Shown here in pieces: positions 9,740-18,699 of a DNA stretch of 64,000 nt. Numbering within the stretch: the first letter of the stretch is position 1; every line of letters begins with the position of its first letter. Origin of the DNA: Azoarcus sp. (GTDB lineage: Bacteria > Pseudomonadota > Gammaproteobacteria > Burkholderiales > Rhodocyclaceae); contig DYFV01000017.1 in NCBI GenBank assembly GCA_020725025.1, positions 10,417 to 74,416 on the forward strand, given 5' to 3'. The position numbers and the translations under genes are program-made. Below the pieces are notes generated by a model that did not search any database, was not told the DNA's origin, and worked only from the letters and a program-made list of their open reading frames with translations.

Positions 9740-9839
9740 CTCGGGTCTCCTCCCACGTTCGGCTTGTGGCCTCGAAATTGATTTCTAGTCTCTGAAGCCA
9801 CGTTCCGCCAGCCGATCGACGCACCATGCCACCCGGCGA

Positions 9840-10391
9840 TCAGGAGTCGCCGCCCCCCGCAGCCGAGCGCTCCTCGGCAGCGATCTCGGGGGCCACCGCC
9901 GGAGGCCGGGATGCCTCGGGAACGTCCGTCCGCCCGGCACCGGCCGCGTTGCCCCGTCGCGGCCGCCGCGGGCGCAGCGGAAGCAGTCCCGCCTGGCGCC
10001 AGATCTGGCTCACCGCCGTATGCGAGACCCCGGCTTCGCGGGCCACGCCCCGGGTGGTGCAGAGCTCGCCGGCCGACTGGAGCTCCCGTGTACGGGCGAT
10101 GATCGCCTCGGCCCGCGCCCGGTCGATGCGCGGCGGAGCGCCTGGGCGGGGCGCATCGGACAGCCCATCGACCCGCTGCGCGAGGAAACGCTTGCGCCAC
10201 TTGGACACCGTCTGCTCGCTGATGTCGAGCATCGCTGCAATCGTCTTGTGATCCAGCCCTTCGCCGCACAGCAGGATGATGCGCGCGCGCATCGCCAGCG
10301 CCTGGCCCGTCCGGGGACTGCGCGTCCACGCCCTGAGCCGCTCGTGTTCCGCCGAGCTCAACTCGATCTCGATCTTCGGTCGTCCACTCAT
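9840..10391 (-). CDS. HTH protein corresponding to the N-terminal DNA-binding half of an IS630-family transposase; no DDE domain
   Basis: RARIILL...TVSKWRKRF...GLSDAPRPGAP...VSHTAVSQIWRQAGL matches IS630 N-termini; RBS GAGAGGAG. Confidence 0.75.
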   Translation of the reverse strand: MSGRPKIEIELSSAEHERLRAWTRSPRTGQALAMRARIILLCGEGLDHKTIAAMLDISEQTVSKWRKRFLAQRVDGLSDAPRPGAPPRIDRARAEAIIARTRELQSAGELCTTRGVAREAGVSHTAVSQIWRQAGLLPLRPRRPRRGNAAGAGRTDVPEASRPPAVAPEIAAEERSAAGGGDS

Positions 10392-11068
10392 CGCACTCGC
10401 TCCTCTCGTATGCCGATCTCACCGGAGAAGACGTAAGGCGGACCCGATTCCCCGATTCCGGCAGCGGCCGCCGGAAAGCGCGACCACAGGGCTCGCAAGC
10501 GCGGTATGTCATATCGGAATTCCCTCTACATCTCAATATCGTTCAAATCCGAAACCTGCTTCGAAAACCGGCAGAAAGGCAATTATTCAACGAACCAACA
10601 AGGATATTCTGATCAATTCCTGTTGCAATGCAAACACCAGACTGCTATTCCTGTCGTATCGGATGCAAACAGACGTTGTCACGATAATGAGACGATCCAG
10701 AGGGAGGTCTGGATTGACACAAAAGTCGTAAAGACGATTTTAGTAGTGTTATTAACATCTTGATTTTATGTATCGTTTACCGTCTTATCGGCGACATACG
10801 TAAGGAGATTCGGCATCGGGCCGATGCATTTTCGATTAATTAAATGAACTTCTGTTACATGAGTCATGCAATTCTCTGAACGCACACATTTTTGCCAATC
10901 TGCGAGTTTTTGCTGCACTGCATTATCGTTTTCTGGACATTTCCCATGCGGATATACGCGCAGAGCCGAAACACGACGCCGTCGAATCCGCCATCGAGAA
11001 CGGGCAATGCGCAACGACGCTGGGCAGAGCGCGGACCGAGTGCTTCGCATGACGTGGAGGGCGACCGA
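10392..11068. promoter_or_regulatory. AT-rich divergent control region of the PKS operon
   Basis: Marked GC drop; TTGACA at 10714; inverted repeats ATCCAGA-N6-TCTGGAT (10695-10714) and TGTTATTAACA (10747-10757); RBS GGAGG at 11056-11060. Confidence 0.6.
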
Positions 11069-14000
11069 ATGACCACTCATATTGCCGTTACACCCGCACG
11101 CGTTCTGGATCCCGGGATCGCGATCGCGGCCTGCCGAGCAGGCGGGATCGGAATACTCGATCTCGGCTGCGGCGACGACACGCAGGAAATCCGCGCAGCC
11201 GTCGACCGCATGGCCCGGGGCGCCGGCGCTTGCGCCCAGTGGGGCGTGCGCTGGGACGCGCTCGGATCCACCTCTCGCGGCCTGGAGCGCCTGCAGGAGG
11301 TGATGCCTCAACGCGCTCCCATCCTGATCCTGGCCGGGCTGCGCCCGGACGACCTGGTGTTCTCCGGCCTCAACCTGAAACAACGGGCGGGACTACGCAA
11401 GCAGCTGCGGCGCATCGCCCGCAGAATCTTCGTCGAAGTGGGCGACCTGCGTGCCGCGCTCGCCGCCGAAGCGGCCGGCTGCGACGGCCTGGTCGTCAAA
11501 GGCCATGAGGCCGGCGGATGGGCGAGCCGCCACTCGAGCTTCATCCTCCTCCAGGAGCTGCGCGGGCGGATGCGCGTGCCCTACTGGATCCAGGGCGGCA
11601 TCGGCATGCACAGCGCGCCGGCGGCGGTGCTCGCCGGTGCCGAGGGCGTGGTGCTGAGCGAGCAGCTCTGGCTCGCCGAGGAGAGTCCTTACGCAGGATC
11701 GGACAAGGCCCGCGCCTGGGCCCAGCTCGACGGCAGCGAGACGGTGCTGGTCGGGACCGAGCAGCGCGCCTTCCGGCTTTTCGCGCGCTCCGGGCGGAAC
11801 CGCCTGCAGGTGCTGGAACAGGCCGTGATCAAGGACGAGCCTTGGCAGGATCTGCTGCGGGAGGCCCTGCAGGAGACGGACGATCCCCTCATCCCCATGG
11901 GCGAGGAGATCGCCTTCGCCGCGGGGCTCGCGCGCCGCCACGTCACCGTCGGACGCATCATCGCGGCACTGAACGAGCGGATCGTTACGGCGCTGGACGA
12001 GGCGCGCGCCCAGAAGGCGCTCGGTCCCGACTCGCCCCTCGCCCGCGTCCATGGCACGCGCTACCCCATCGTGCAGGGCCCGATGACGCGCGTAAGCGAC
12101 GTCGCGCCCTTCGCCAAGGCGGTGGCCGACGGCGGCGGGCTGCCCATGGTGGCGCTGTCGGTCATGCGCAAGGAACAGGTGGAGACGCTGCTCAGGGAGG
12201 CCAAGGCGCTGCTCGGCGAGCGCGCCTGGGGCGTGGGCGTGCTCGGCTTCCTGCCGCTGGAGGCACGCCAGGAGCAGTTGGCCATCGTGCGCGAGGTGAA
12301 GCCCCCCTTCGCGGTCATCGCCGGCGGCCGCCCCAGCCAGGCGCGCGAGCTCGAAGCGCTGGGAATCGCCACCTATCTGCACGTCCCCTCCCCCGGCCTG
12401 CTGCAGGGTTTCCTCAAGGACGGCGCGCGCAAGTTCATCTTCGAGGGTGGCGAGTGCGGCGGCCACACGGGCCCGCTGACCAGCTTCGTGCTGTGGGAGC
12501 AGGCCGTCGAGACGCTCGCCGCGGCCGACATCCCGGACCCGGAGGCGGTGCAGGTGCTCTTCGCCGGAGGCATTCACGACGCGCTCTCCGCCGCCATGGT
12601 ATCGACGATCGCTGCGCCGCTGGTCGCGCGCGGCATGAAGGCGGGCGTGGTGATGGGCACCGCCTATCTGTTCACCCGCGAGATCGTCGGCACGGGCGCG
12701 GTGCTGGACGAATTCCAGGCCCAGGCGATCGCCTGCGAGGAAACCACGCTGCTGCAATCGGGCAAGGGCATGTACACCCGCTGCGCGGTGACGCCCTTCT
12801 GCGACGAGTTCAACCGCACCCGGCGAGATCTGCTGCTCGCCCTCGAGGCGCCCGAGAAGGTGCTCAAGGTGCTCGAGATGCTCAACATCGGGCGCCTGCG
12901 CATCGCCTCCAAGGGCATCGCCCACAATAGCGAGCGCAAGGCCGACAACGCGCAGCGCTACGTCCCCATCCCGCCCGAGGCCCAGCGCCGCGAAGGCATG
13001 TACATGCTCGGCGAGGTGGCGCGCCTGCGCCACGAGGTGGTGAGCGTCGCCGAGCTGCACGAGACGGTTTCGGCGGGCAGCACCGTCGTGCTCGAGGAGG
13101 CGGCGCCGCGCCGTCGCCCGACGCGGCGCAACCCGGCCGAGAGCGACATCGCCATCGTCGGCATGGCCTGCCTGCTGCCCGGCGCCCAGGAGGTCCGCCG
13201 GTACTGGGAAAACATCCTGCGCCGCATCGACATGGTGCGCGAGGTGAGCGACGAGCGCTGGCGCATCGAGGACTATTTCGATCCGCGCCGCGGCACGCCG
13301 GACAAGGTGTACTCGAAGTGGGGCGCCTTTCTCGACGACGTGCCCTTCGACACCTCGCTCTACGGCATCCCCCCGGCGGCACTGCGTTCCATCGAGCCGG
13401 TACAGCTCCTCGCCCTCGAATGCGCGCGCCGGGCGATCGCGGACGCGGGCCTGGACCGGCGCCCCTTCCCGCGCGAGCGCACCGCGACCATCTTCGCCGC
13501 CGGCGGGAACAACGACCTCGGCTGCATCATGATCTTCCGCTCGCTGCTTCCCCACTACCTGCCGCGGGTGCCGGATCTGCCCGAGGAGACGCGGCGCCGG
13601 ATCATCGACACGCTCTACGCCCAGGAGCTGCCGAAATGGACCGAGGACAGCTTCCCCGGCATGATCGGCAACGTCATCGCCGGGCGCGTGGCCAACCGCA
13701 TGGACCTGCGCGGCACCAACTTCACGGTCGATGCCGCCTGCGGCTCGTCGCTCGCCGCGCTCGACGCCGGGATACGGCAGCTGCGCAGCGGCGACGCGGA
13801 CGTGGCGCTGGTGGGCGCGGTCGACGGCACCAACAACGCCACCTCCTTCATGTGCTTCGCGCAGACCCACGCGCTCTCTCCGCGCGGGCGCTCGCGCCCC
13901 TTCGACGACAGCGCCGACGGCATCGCCCTGGGCGAAGGCATCGCCACCCTCGTATTGAAGCGCCTGGGCGACGCCGAGCGCGACGGCGATCGCATCCACG

Positions 14001-17000
14001 CCGTCATCAAGGGCATCGGCAGCTCCAGCGACGGGCGCAACCGCAGCCTCACCGCCCCCCATCCTCAGGGCCAGGTGATGGCCCTGCGGCGTGCCTATCA
14101 GGACGCCGAGGTCGATCCGGCGACCATCGGGCTCATCGAGGCGCACGGCACCGGCACGGCCGTGGGCGACAAGTCCGAGATCGAGTCCCTCACCGTCGCT
14201 TTCGGGGAGGTGGACATGCCGCGCCAGTCATGCGCGGTCGGCTCGGTGAAGTCGATGATCGGCCACACCAAGGTGGCCGCGGGGCTGGCCGGCGTGATCA
14301 AGGCGACACTCGCCATGGAGCACCGCGTGCTGCCGCCCACGCTCAACGTGGAAAAGCCGAACAGCCAGGTCGATTTCGCCACCACGCCCTTCTACATCAG
14401 CGCCGAGGCCCGGCCGTGGCTCGCGCCGGCCAAGGGCCATCCGCGCCGCTCCGGGGTGAGCGCCTTCGGTTTCGGCGGTACCAACTTCCACGTGGTGCTG
14501 GAGGAGTACACCGGCGCCTACCGCCCCGGCGACACGGTGAACCTCAACCCGCGCGACGCCGAGCTCTTCGCTTTCCATGCGCACGACCGCGGGCAGCTGC
14601 TGCGGGAGGTGGAGGGCCTCGTCGCGGCGCTCGAACATCCCGAGCACCTCGACCTCGCCCAGCTCGCCGCCTCGCTCCATGCGGTCCACCGCCGCCAGCC
14701 CGCCGACAACGGCGCGCGCACCTGCCGGCTCGCGCTGCTTGCCGGCTCGCCCGCCGACCTGGCCCAGAAGCTTGCTATCGCGGCGCGCCTGCTGCGCGGG
14801 AAGGAAACCGAGCTGCGCCACCCGCAGGGCGTCTACTACCGCGAGGGCCCGGCCATGCCGGGCGGCGTGTGCTTCCTCTTCCCGGGGCAAGGCTCGCAAC
14901 GGATCAACATGCTGGGCGACCTGATCACCGGCCTGCCCGAGCTGCAGACGCTGCACGAGCGCGCCGATGCCCTCCTGGCGGAGGCACTCCCCCGCCCGCT
15001 GTCGCGCTACGTGCATCCCCTGCCGGTGTTCAGCGACGAGGAACGCGCCCGCCAGCAGGCCGAGCTCAACGACACCCACGTCGCGCAACCGGCGCTGGGC
15101 GTGATCGAGGCGGCGGCGCTGCGCCTGCTCGCCACCTACGGCCTCGCCCCCGACTTCGTCGCAGGCCACAGTTTCGGCGAGTACGCTGCGCTGCATGCCG
15201 CAGGCGTGATCGGTTTCGACGACTTCATCCGCCTCGCGGAGCTGCGCGGCCGGCTCGCCGCGGAGGCCGGCCGGCGCTCGCCCGGCGCCATGGCGGCGGT
15301 GGACGCCGACGAGCTGCGGCTCGCCGGGCTCATCGAGCGGCACGGCCTGGCGGTGAGCCTCGCCAACCTCAACGCGGCCGATCAGACCATCATCGCCGGT
15401 CCGCCCCAGGCGATCGACGTCGCCGCCGTGTTGCTCACCGGCGAAGGCTTGCGTGTGACCAAGCTCGCCGTGAGCGCAGCCTTCCACTCCCCTGCCATGG
15501 CGAGCGCGCGAGACCAGCTGGCCGAGGCGCTGGCGAAGGTCGAGCTCCGACCGGCCCGCGTCCCGGTGTGGAGCAACACCACCGCCGACGCCTATCCCGA
15601 TGAGGTCGAGGCGATGCGGGCGCTCCTCGTACGCCACATGACCGAGCCGGTGCGCTTCGCACAGCAGATCGAGGGCCTGCATGCAGCCGGCGCACGGGTC
15701 TTCGTCGAGGTGGGGCCCGGGCTGGTGATGAGCGGGCTCGTCGACCGGATCCTGGGCGATCGCCCGCACGCAACGCTCGCCCTCGACGCCCCTGGCCGGG
15801 CCGGCTGGCTCCAGCTCGCGCACTGCCTCGCCCAGGCGCACGCCCTCGGGGTCCCGGTGGATATCGGCCGCTGGTTCGAGGGCCGCGGCCTCGAGGCCGT
15901 GGCGGTGGAGGAGGTCTTTGCGCGGGCCCGCGCCAAGGCCGCCCCCGGACCGCTCACCTGGCGCGTCAATGGTGCTCGGGCGAAGCCGTGGGCGGAACCG
16001 CCCGCGGAAGCAAGGAAGAAGATCGTGCCTATCCCCGCGACGCGGCCGGCGGCGGCCACGCCGCGGGCACCCGACGCAGCGCCGCATGGGCCCGCCGCGG
16101 CGCCGCCGGCCCCCGAGGCCGTACCACCCGGCCTCCTCGTCACCCACCAACCGGCTTCGCCGGACCACAAGCAACGCATCAAGCCCCACGGGAGTATCAC
16201 CATGAAAAGCGAAGACAAGCTCCGCCTCGCCGAATCCCCGGAAGACGACCTCCGGGTCCTCTCCCCGGCCGCCCAGGTTCATCACATCCTCGGACAGTTC
16301 ATCGCGCTGCAGCGCGATCAGCACGCGACCCTGCGCCACCTGCTCGAGTTCGAAGGCCACCTGGTCGCGGGAACCCTCGATGAATTCGTCCCCGCGCCGG
16401 CCCAGCCCGCCCTGCCGCGGATGCCGACGCTGCAGCCCCAGGCCAGCCGCCCGTTCCTCCAGGCCGTCCCCCCCGCCCCGGTCCTGCCGGCCCAGGTGCT
16501 CGCGGTGCATGCCGGCGCAACGGCACCGGCGCCCGCTGCAGGCCCCGCTCCGGCCCCGGCTCCCGCGCCCGCGCCCGTTGCCGCCGAGCCGGCCGAGGCC
16601 ACCCCGGCGCCGCCCGCCGCACCGGACGACACGGTCGGCAGGGCATCCACCGCCACCTTCAAGGCGAACCTCCTGCACGCAGTGTCGGAGCGCACCGGCT
16701 ACCCCGAGGACATGCTCGACATCAACGCCCACATGGAAGCGGATCTGGGCATCGACTCGATCAAGCGCATCGAGATCCTCAGCCAGCTCAAGGAGCACCA
16801 CGACCTGATGGAGGGACGCGACGAGGAATCGGTGTTCGAGGAGCTCAGCGGCCTCAAGACGCTCGGCGAGATCATCGACTGGTACGACCGCCAGCACGAA
16901 GCATCACCCCTGCCGCAGGGAGGGCCCCCCACAAAAAAATCCCAGACTCCACTGTCCGCGTCGCCGGCTGAGACAGTGGAGTCGCACACCGAAGTGCAGC

Positions 17001-18670
17001 CGGACCCGGTTCATGCCTACACCCTCTGCGCGATCCCCGCGCCGGCGCAGCACCCAGCGCGGGGCGCGCTTCCCACCGGGGGGCTGCCCATCGTGCTGGT
17101 GGGGCCGCTCTCGGCGGTGAGCAACGCGCTCGCCGCGGCGCTCGTCCGCGAGGGCTGCCGCGTGCGCCAGATCATCCCGGGACGCAAGACGCGCGCGCTC
17201 GGCGAGGACCGCTACGAGCTCGATCCGGCGTCGCCCGATGCCGCCTCGGCCCTGAAGCGCCTGCTCGGCAACTCGGGGCTCGCGGCCGGCACGGTGTTCA
17301 GTCTGCTCGCGCTGGCGAGCGACGGTCCCGAGGCCGAGCCGCCGCCGGGCGCCGCCAAGGCGCTCTTCCTGGTGTGCAAGGTGCTCGAGGAGGACCTCAG
17401 GCAGGCAGCCGAGTCGGGCGCCGGGCGGCTGATCAACGTCACCGCGCTCGACGGCCGCTTCGGCCTGGGCGGCACGCGCAGCTTCCCGTGGACGGGCGCC
17501 GGCACTCTGGGCGTGGCCAAGACCGTGGCGCGCGAATGGGGCGAGCTGCGGGTGAGCTGCCTGGACTTCGCGCCGGAGATCGAACCCGCCGACGTCGTGG
17601 GCCACATCCTCGACGAATGGTGCGCAGCGGATCCCGCTCTGGAGATCGGCCACACGCTCGACGGCCGCTGGCATCTCGCCCTCGAGCCGCAGCGCCCTGC
17701 CCCGGCGCCGCGCCCGGAGCCGCTCCTCGGCGCCGAGAGCGTTGTGCTCCTCACCGGCGGTGCGGTCGGGATCACCTCGCGCATCGCGCAGGCGCTGGCG
17801 AAGCGCTACCGCCCCCGCCTCGTACTGGTGGGGCGCAGCCCGCTTCCCGAGGAGGAGGCCGAGGACACGCGCGAACTCACCGACCCCGCCCAGCTCAAGC
17901 GGGTGCTCATCGCCCGGCTGAAGGCCGAGCGTGCCGGCAACGTCAAGCCGGCCGAGGTCGACCGGGTGTTCAAGCGCCTGCTCAAGGACCGCGAGATGCG
18001 CGCCAACCTCGACGCGCTGCGCGCCGTGGGCGCCGAGGTGGAATATCACAGCCTGGACGTGCGTGACGCAGAGGCCTTCGCCGCCCTGATCGACGACGTC
18101 TACGCGCGCATGGGCCGCATCGACGGCGTGCTGCACGGTGCAGGAATCATCGAGGACAAGCTCATCCGCGACAAGACGCCGGAGTCCTTTGCCGCCGTCC
18201 ACGACACCAAGGTGGTGCCGGCAGGGGTGCTCGCCGAGCGGCTGCGCCCGGACGGGCTGAAGTTCCTCGCCTTCTTCTCCTCCGTGGCCGGGCGCTTCGG
18301 CAATGCCGGACAGAGCGACTACAGCGCCGCCAACGAGCTCCTCAACAAGCTGGCGGGCCGGCTCGGCCATGCCTGGCCGGGCGTGCAGGTCGTGGCGCTC
18401 GACTGGGGACCGTGGGCGTCCGGGATGGTCGGCAAGGAGATGCTGCGCTTCTACGCCGAGCGCGGCATCGAGCCGATTCGCCCGGAGAGCGGCACGCGCC
18501 ACTTCCTCGAGCAGCTCGCGCGCGGCGCCTGCGGCGAGCCGGAAGTGGTGATCACGGCGAGCCTGGATCAGATCGCCGCCATGGTCGCGCCGCGCCGGCG
18601 GCGCGCCGAAGCGGCCCGGCCGCGGTCCGCCGCAGCCGCCGCCGAGACCACTCCGGCCACCGTCTCGTAA
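11069..18670 (+). CDS. ArsA-like iterative type I fatty acid/polyketide synthase (ER-ER-KS-AT-ACP-KR), 2533 aa
   Basis: Two NPD/FabK-type TIM-barrel domains (KGHEAGG/QGGIG; EGGECGGH/AGGIHD), KS DAACGSS/EAHGTGT/IGHT, AT GHSFG/AFHS, ACP LGIDSIKR, KR TGGAVGI/HGAGIIEDK/YSAAN; start at RBS-preceded MTTHIAV. Confidence 0.92.
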   Translation: MTTHIAVTPARVLDPGIAIAACRAGGIGILDLGCGDDTQEIRAAVDRMARGAGACAQWGVRWDALGSTSRGLERLQEVMPQRAPILILAGLRPDDLVFSGLNLKQRAGLRKQLRRIARRIFVEVGDLRAALAAEAAGCDGLVVKGHEAGGWASRHSSFILLQELRGRMRVPYWIQGGIGMHSAPAAVLAGAEGVVLSEQLWLAEESPYAGSDKARAWAQLDGSETVLVGTEQRAFRLFARSGRNRLQVLEQAVIKDEPWQDLLREALQETDDPLIPMGEEIAFAAGLARRHVTVGRIIAALNERIVTALDEARAQKALGPDSPLARVHGTRYPIVQGPMTRVSDVAPFAKAVADGGGLPMVALSVMRKEQVETLLREAKALLGERAWGVGVLGFLPLEARQEQLAIVREVKPPFAVIAGGRPSQARELEALGIATYLHVPSPGLLQGFLKDGARKFIFEGGECGGHTGPLTSFVLWEQAVETLAAADIPDPEAVQVLFAGGIHDALSAAMVSTIAAPLVARGMKAGVVMGTAYLFTREIVGTGAVLDEFQAQAIACEETTLLQSGKGMYTRCAVTPFCDEFNRTRRDLLLALEAPEKVLKVLEMLNIGRLRIASKGIAHNSERKADNAQRYVPIPPEAQRREGMYMLGEVARLRHEVVSVAELHETVSAGSTVVLEEAAPRRRPTRRNPAESDIAIVGMACLLPGAQEVRRYWENILRRIDMVREVSDERWRIEDYFDPRRGTPDKVYSKWGAFLDDVPFDTSLYGIPPAALRSIEPVQLLALECARRAIADAGLDRRPFPRERTATIFAAGGNNDLGCIMIFRSLLPHYLPRVPDLPEETRRRIIDTLYAQELPKWTEDSFPGMIGNVIAGRVANRMDLRGTNFTVDAACGSSLAALDAGIRQLRSGDADVALVGAVDGTNNATSFMCFAQTHALSPRGRSRPFDDSADGIALGEGIATLVLKRLGDAERDGDRIHAVIKGIGSSSDGRNRSLTAPHPQGQVMALRRAYQDAEVDPATIGLIEAHGTGTAVGDKSEIESLTVAFGEVDMPRQSCAVGSVKSMIGHTKVAAGLAGVIKATLAMEHRVLPPTLNVEKPNSQVDFATTPFYISAEARPWLAPAKGHPRRSGVSAFGFGGTNFHVVLEEYTGAYRPGDTVNLNPRDAELFAFHAHDRGQLLREVEGLVAALEHPEHLDLAQLAASLHAVHRRQPADNGARTCRLALLAGSPADLAQKLAIAARLLRGKETELRHPQGVYYREGPAMPGGVCFLFPGQGSQRINMLGDLITGLPELQTLHERADALLAEALPRPLSRYVHPLPVFSDEERARQQAELNDTHVAQPALGVIEAAALRLLATYGLAPDFVAGHSFGEYAALHAAGVIGFDDFIRLAELRGRLAAEAGRRSPGAMAAVDADELRLAGLIERHGLAVSLANLNAADQTIIAGPPQAIDVAAVLLTGEGLRVTKLAVSAAFHSPAMASARDQLAEALAKVELRPARVPVWSNTTADAYPDEVEAMRALLVRHMTEPVRFAQQIEGLHAAGARVFVEVGPGLVMSGLVDRILGDRPHATLALDAPGRAGWLQLAHCLAQAHALGVPVDIGRWFEGRGLEAVAVEEVFARARAKAAPGPLTWRVNGARAKPWAEPPAEARKKIVPIPATRPAAATPRAPDAAPHGPAAAPPAPEAVPPGLLVTHQPASPDHKQRIKPHGSITMKSEDKLRLAESPEDDLRVLSPAAQVHHILGQFIALQRDQHATLRHLLEFEGHLVAGTLDEFVPAPAQPALPRMPTLQPQASRPFLQAVPPAPVLPAQVLAVHAGATAPAPAAGPAPAPAPAPAPVAAEPAEATPAPPAAPDDTVGRASTATFKANLLHAVSERTGYPEDMLDINAHMEADLGIDSIKRIEILSQLKEHHDLMEGRDEESVFEELSGLKTLGEIIDWYDRQHEASPLPQGGPPTKKSQTPLSASPAETVESHTEVQPDPVHAYTLCAIPAPAQHPARGALPTGGLPIVLVGPLSAVSNALAAALVREGCRVRQIIPGRKTRALGEDRYELDPASPDAASALKRLLGNSGLAAGTVFSLLALASDGPEAEPPPGAAKALFLVCKVLEEDLRQAAESGAGRLINVTALDGRFGLGGTRSFPWTGAGTLGVAKTVAREWGELRVSCLDFAPEIEPADVVGHILDEWCAADPALEIGHTLDGRWHLALEPQRPAPAPRPEPLLGAESVVLLTGGAVGITSRIAQALAKRYRPRLVLVGRSPLPEEEAEDTRELTDPAQLKRVLIARLKAERAGNVKPAEVDRVFKRLLKDREMRANLDALRAVGAEVEYHSLDVRDAEAFAALIDDVYARMGRIDGVLHGAGIIEDKLIRDKTPESFAAVHDTKVVPAGVLAERLRPDGLKFLAFFSSVAGRFGNAGQSDYSAANELLNKLAGRLGHAWPGVQVVALDWGPWASGMVGKEMLRFYAERGIEPIRPESGTRHFLEQLARGACGEPEVVITASLDQIAAMVAPRRRRAEAARPRSAAAAAETTPATVS
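16190..16204 (+). promoter_or_regulatory. Candidate internal in-frame translation start (GGGAG-7nt-ATG)
   Basis: GGGAG at 16190-16194, in-frame ATG at 16202, A-rich context ATGAAAAGCGAAGACAAG. Confidence 0.45.
16917..16983 (+). other. Putative -1 programmed ribosomal frameshift signal
   Basis: AGGGAG 16917-16922; A_AAA_AAA 16933-16939 in X_XXY_YYZ phase; hairpin GACTCCACTGTC/GACAGTGGAGTC (16945-16956/16972-16983); -1-frame TGA 16969-16971. Confidence 0.7.
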
Positions 18671-18699
18671 CCCCGCCCGATGCACTGGAGAACAAACAC

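Noticed and set aside
9780-10450. Complete IS630 element
   Set aside because: No DDE domain, terminal inverted repeats or TA duplication recognisable
10714-10749. Canonical sigma70 promoter
   Set aside because: TTGACA is present but there is no convincing -10 at 16-18 nt spacing
10892-11068. Upstream extension of the PKS ORF
   Set aside because: AT-rich and not protein-like; a good RBS precedes ATG 11069
16500-16625. GCCCCG-type tandem repeats
   Set aside because: Encode the Pro/Ala interdomain linker; not an array
16945-16983. Hairpin read as intrinsic terminator or REP
   Set aside because: No U tract, no second copy seen, and it lies inside an open frame at frameshift-stimulator distance
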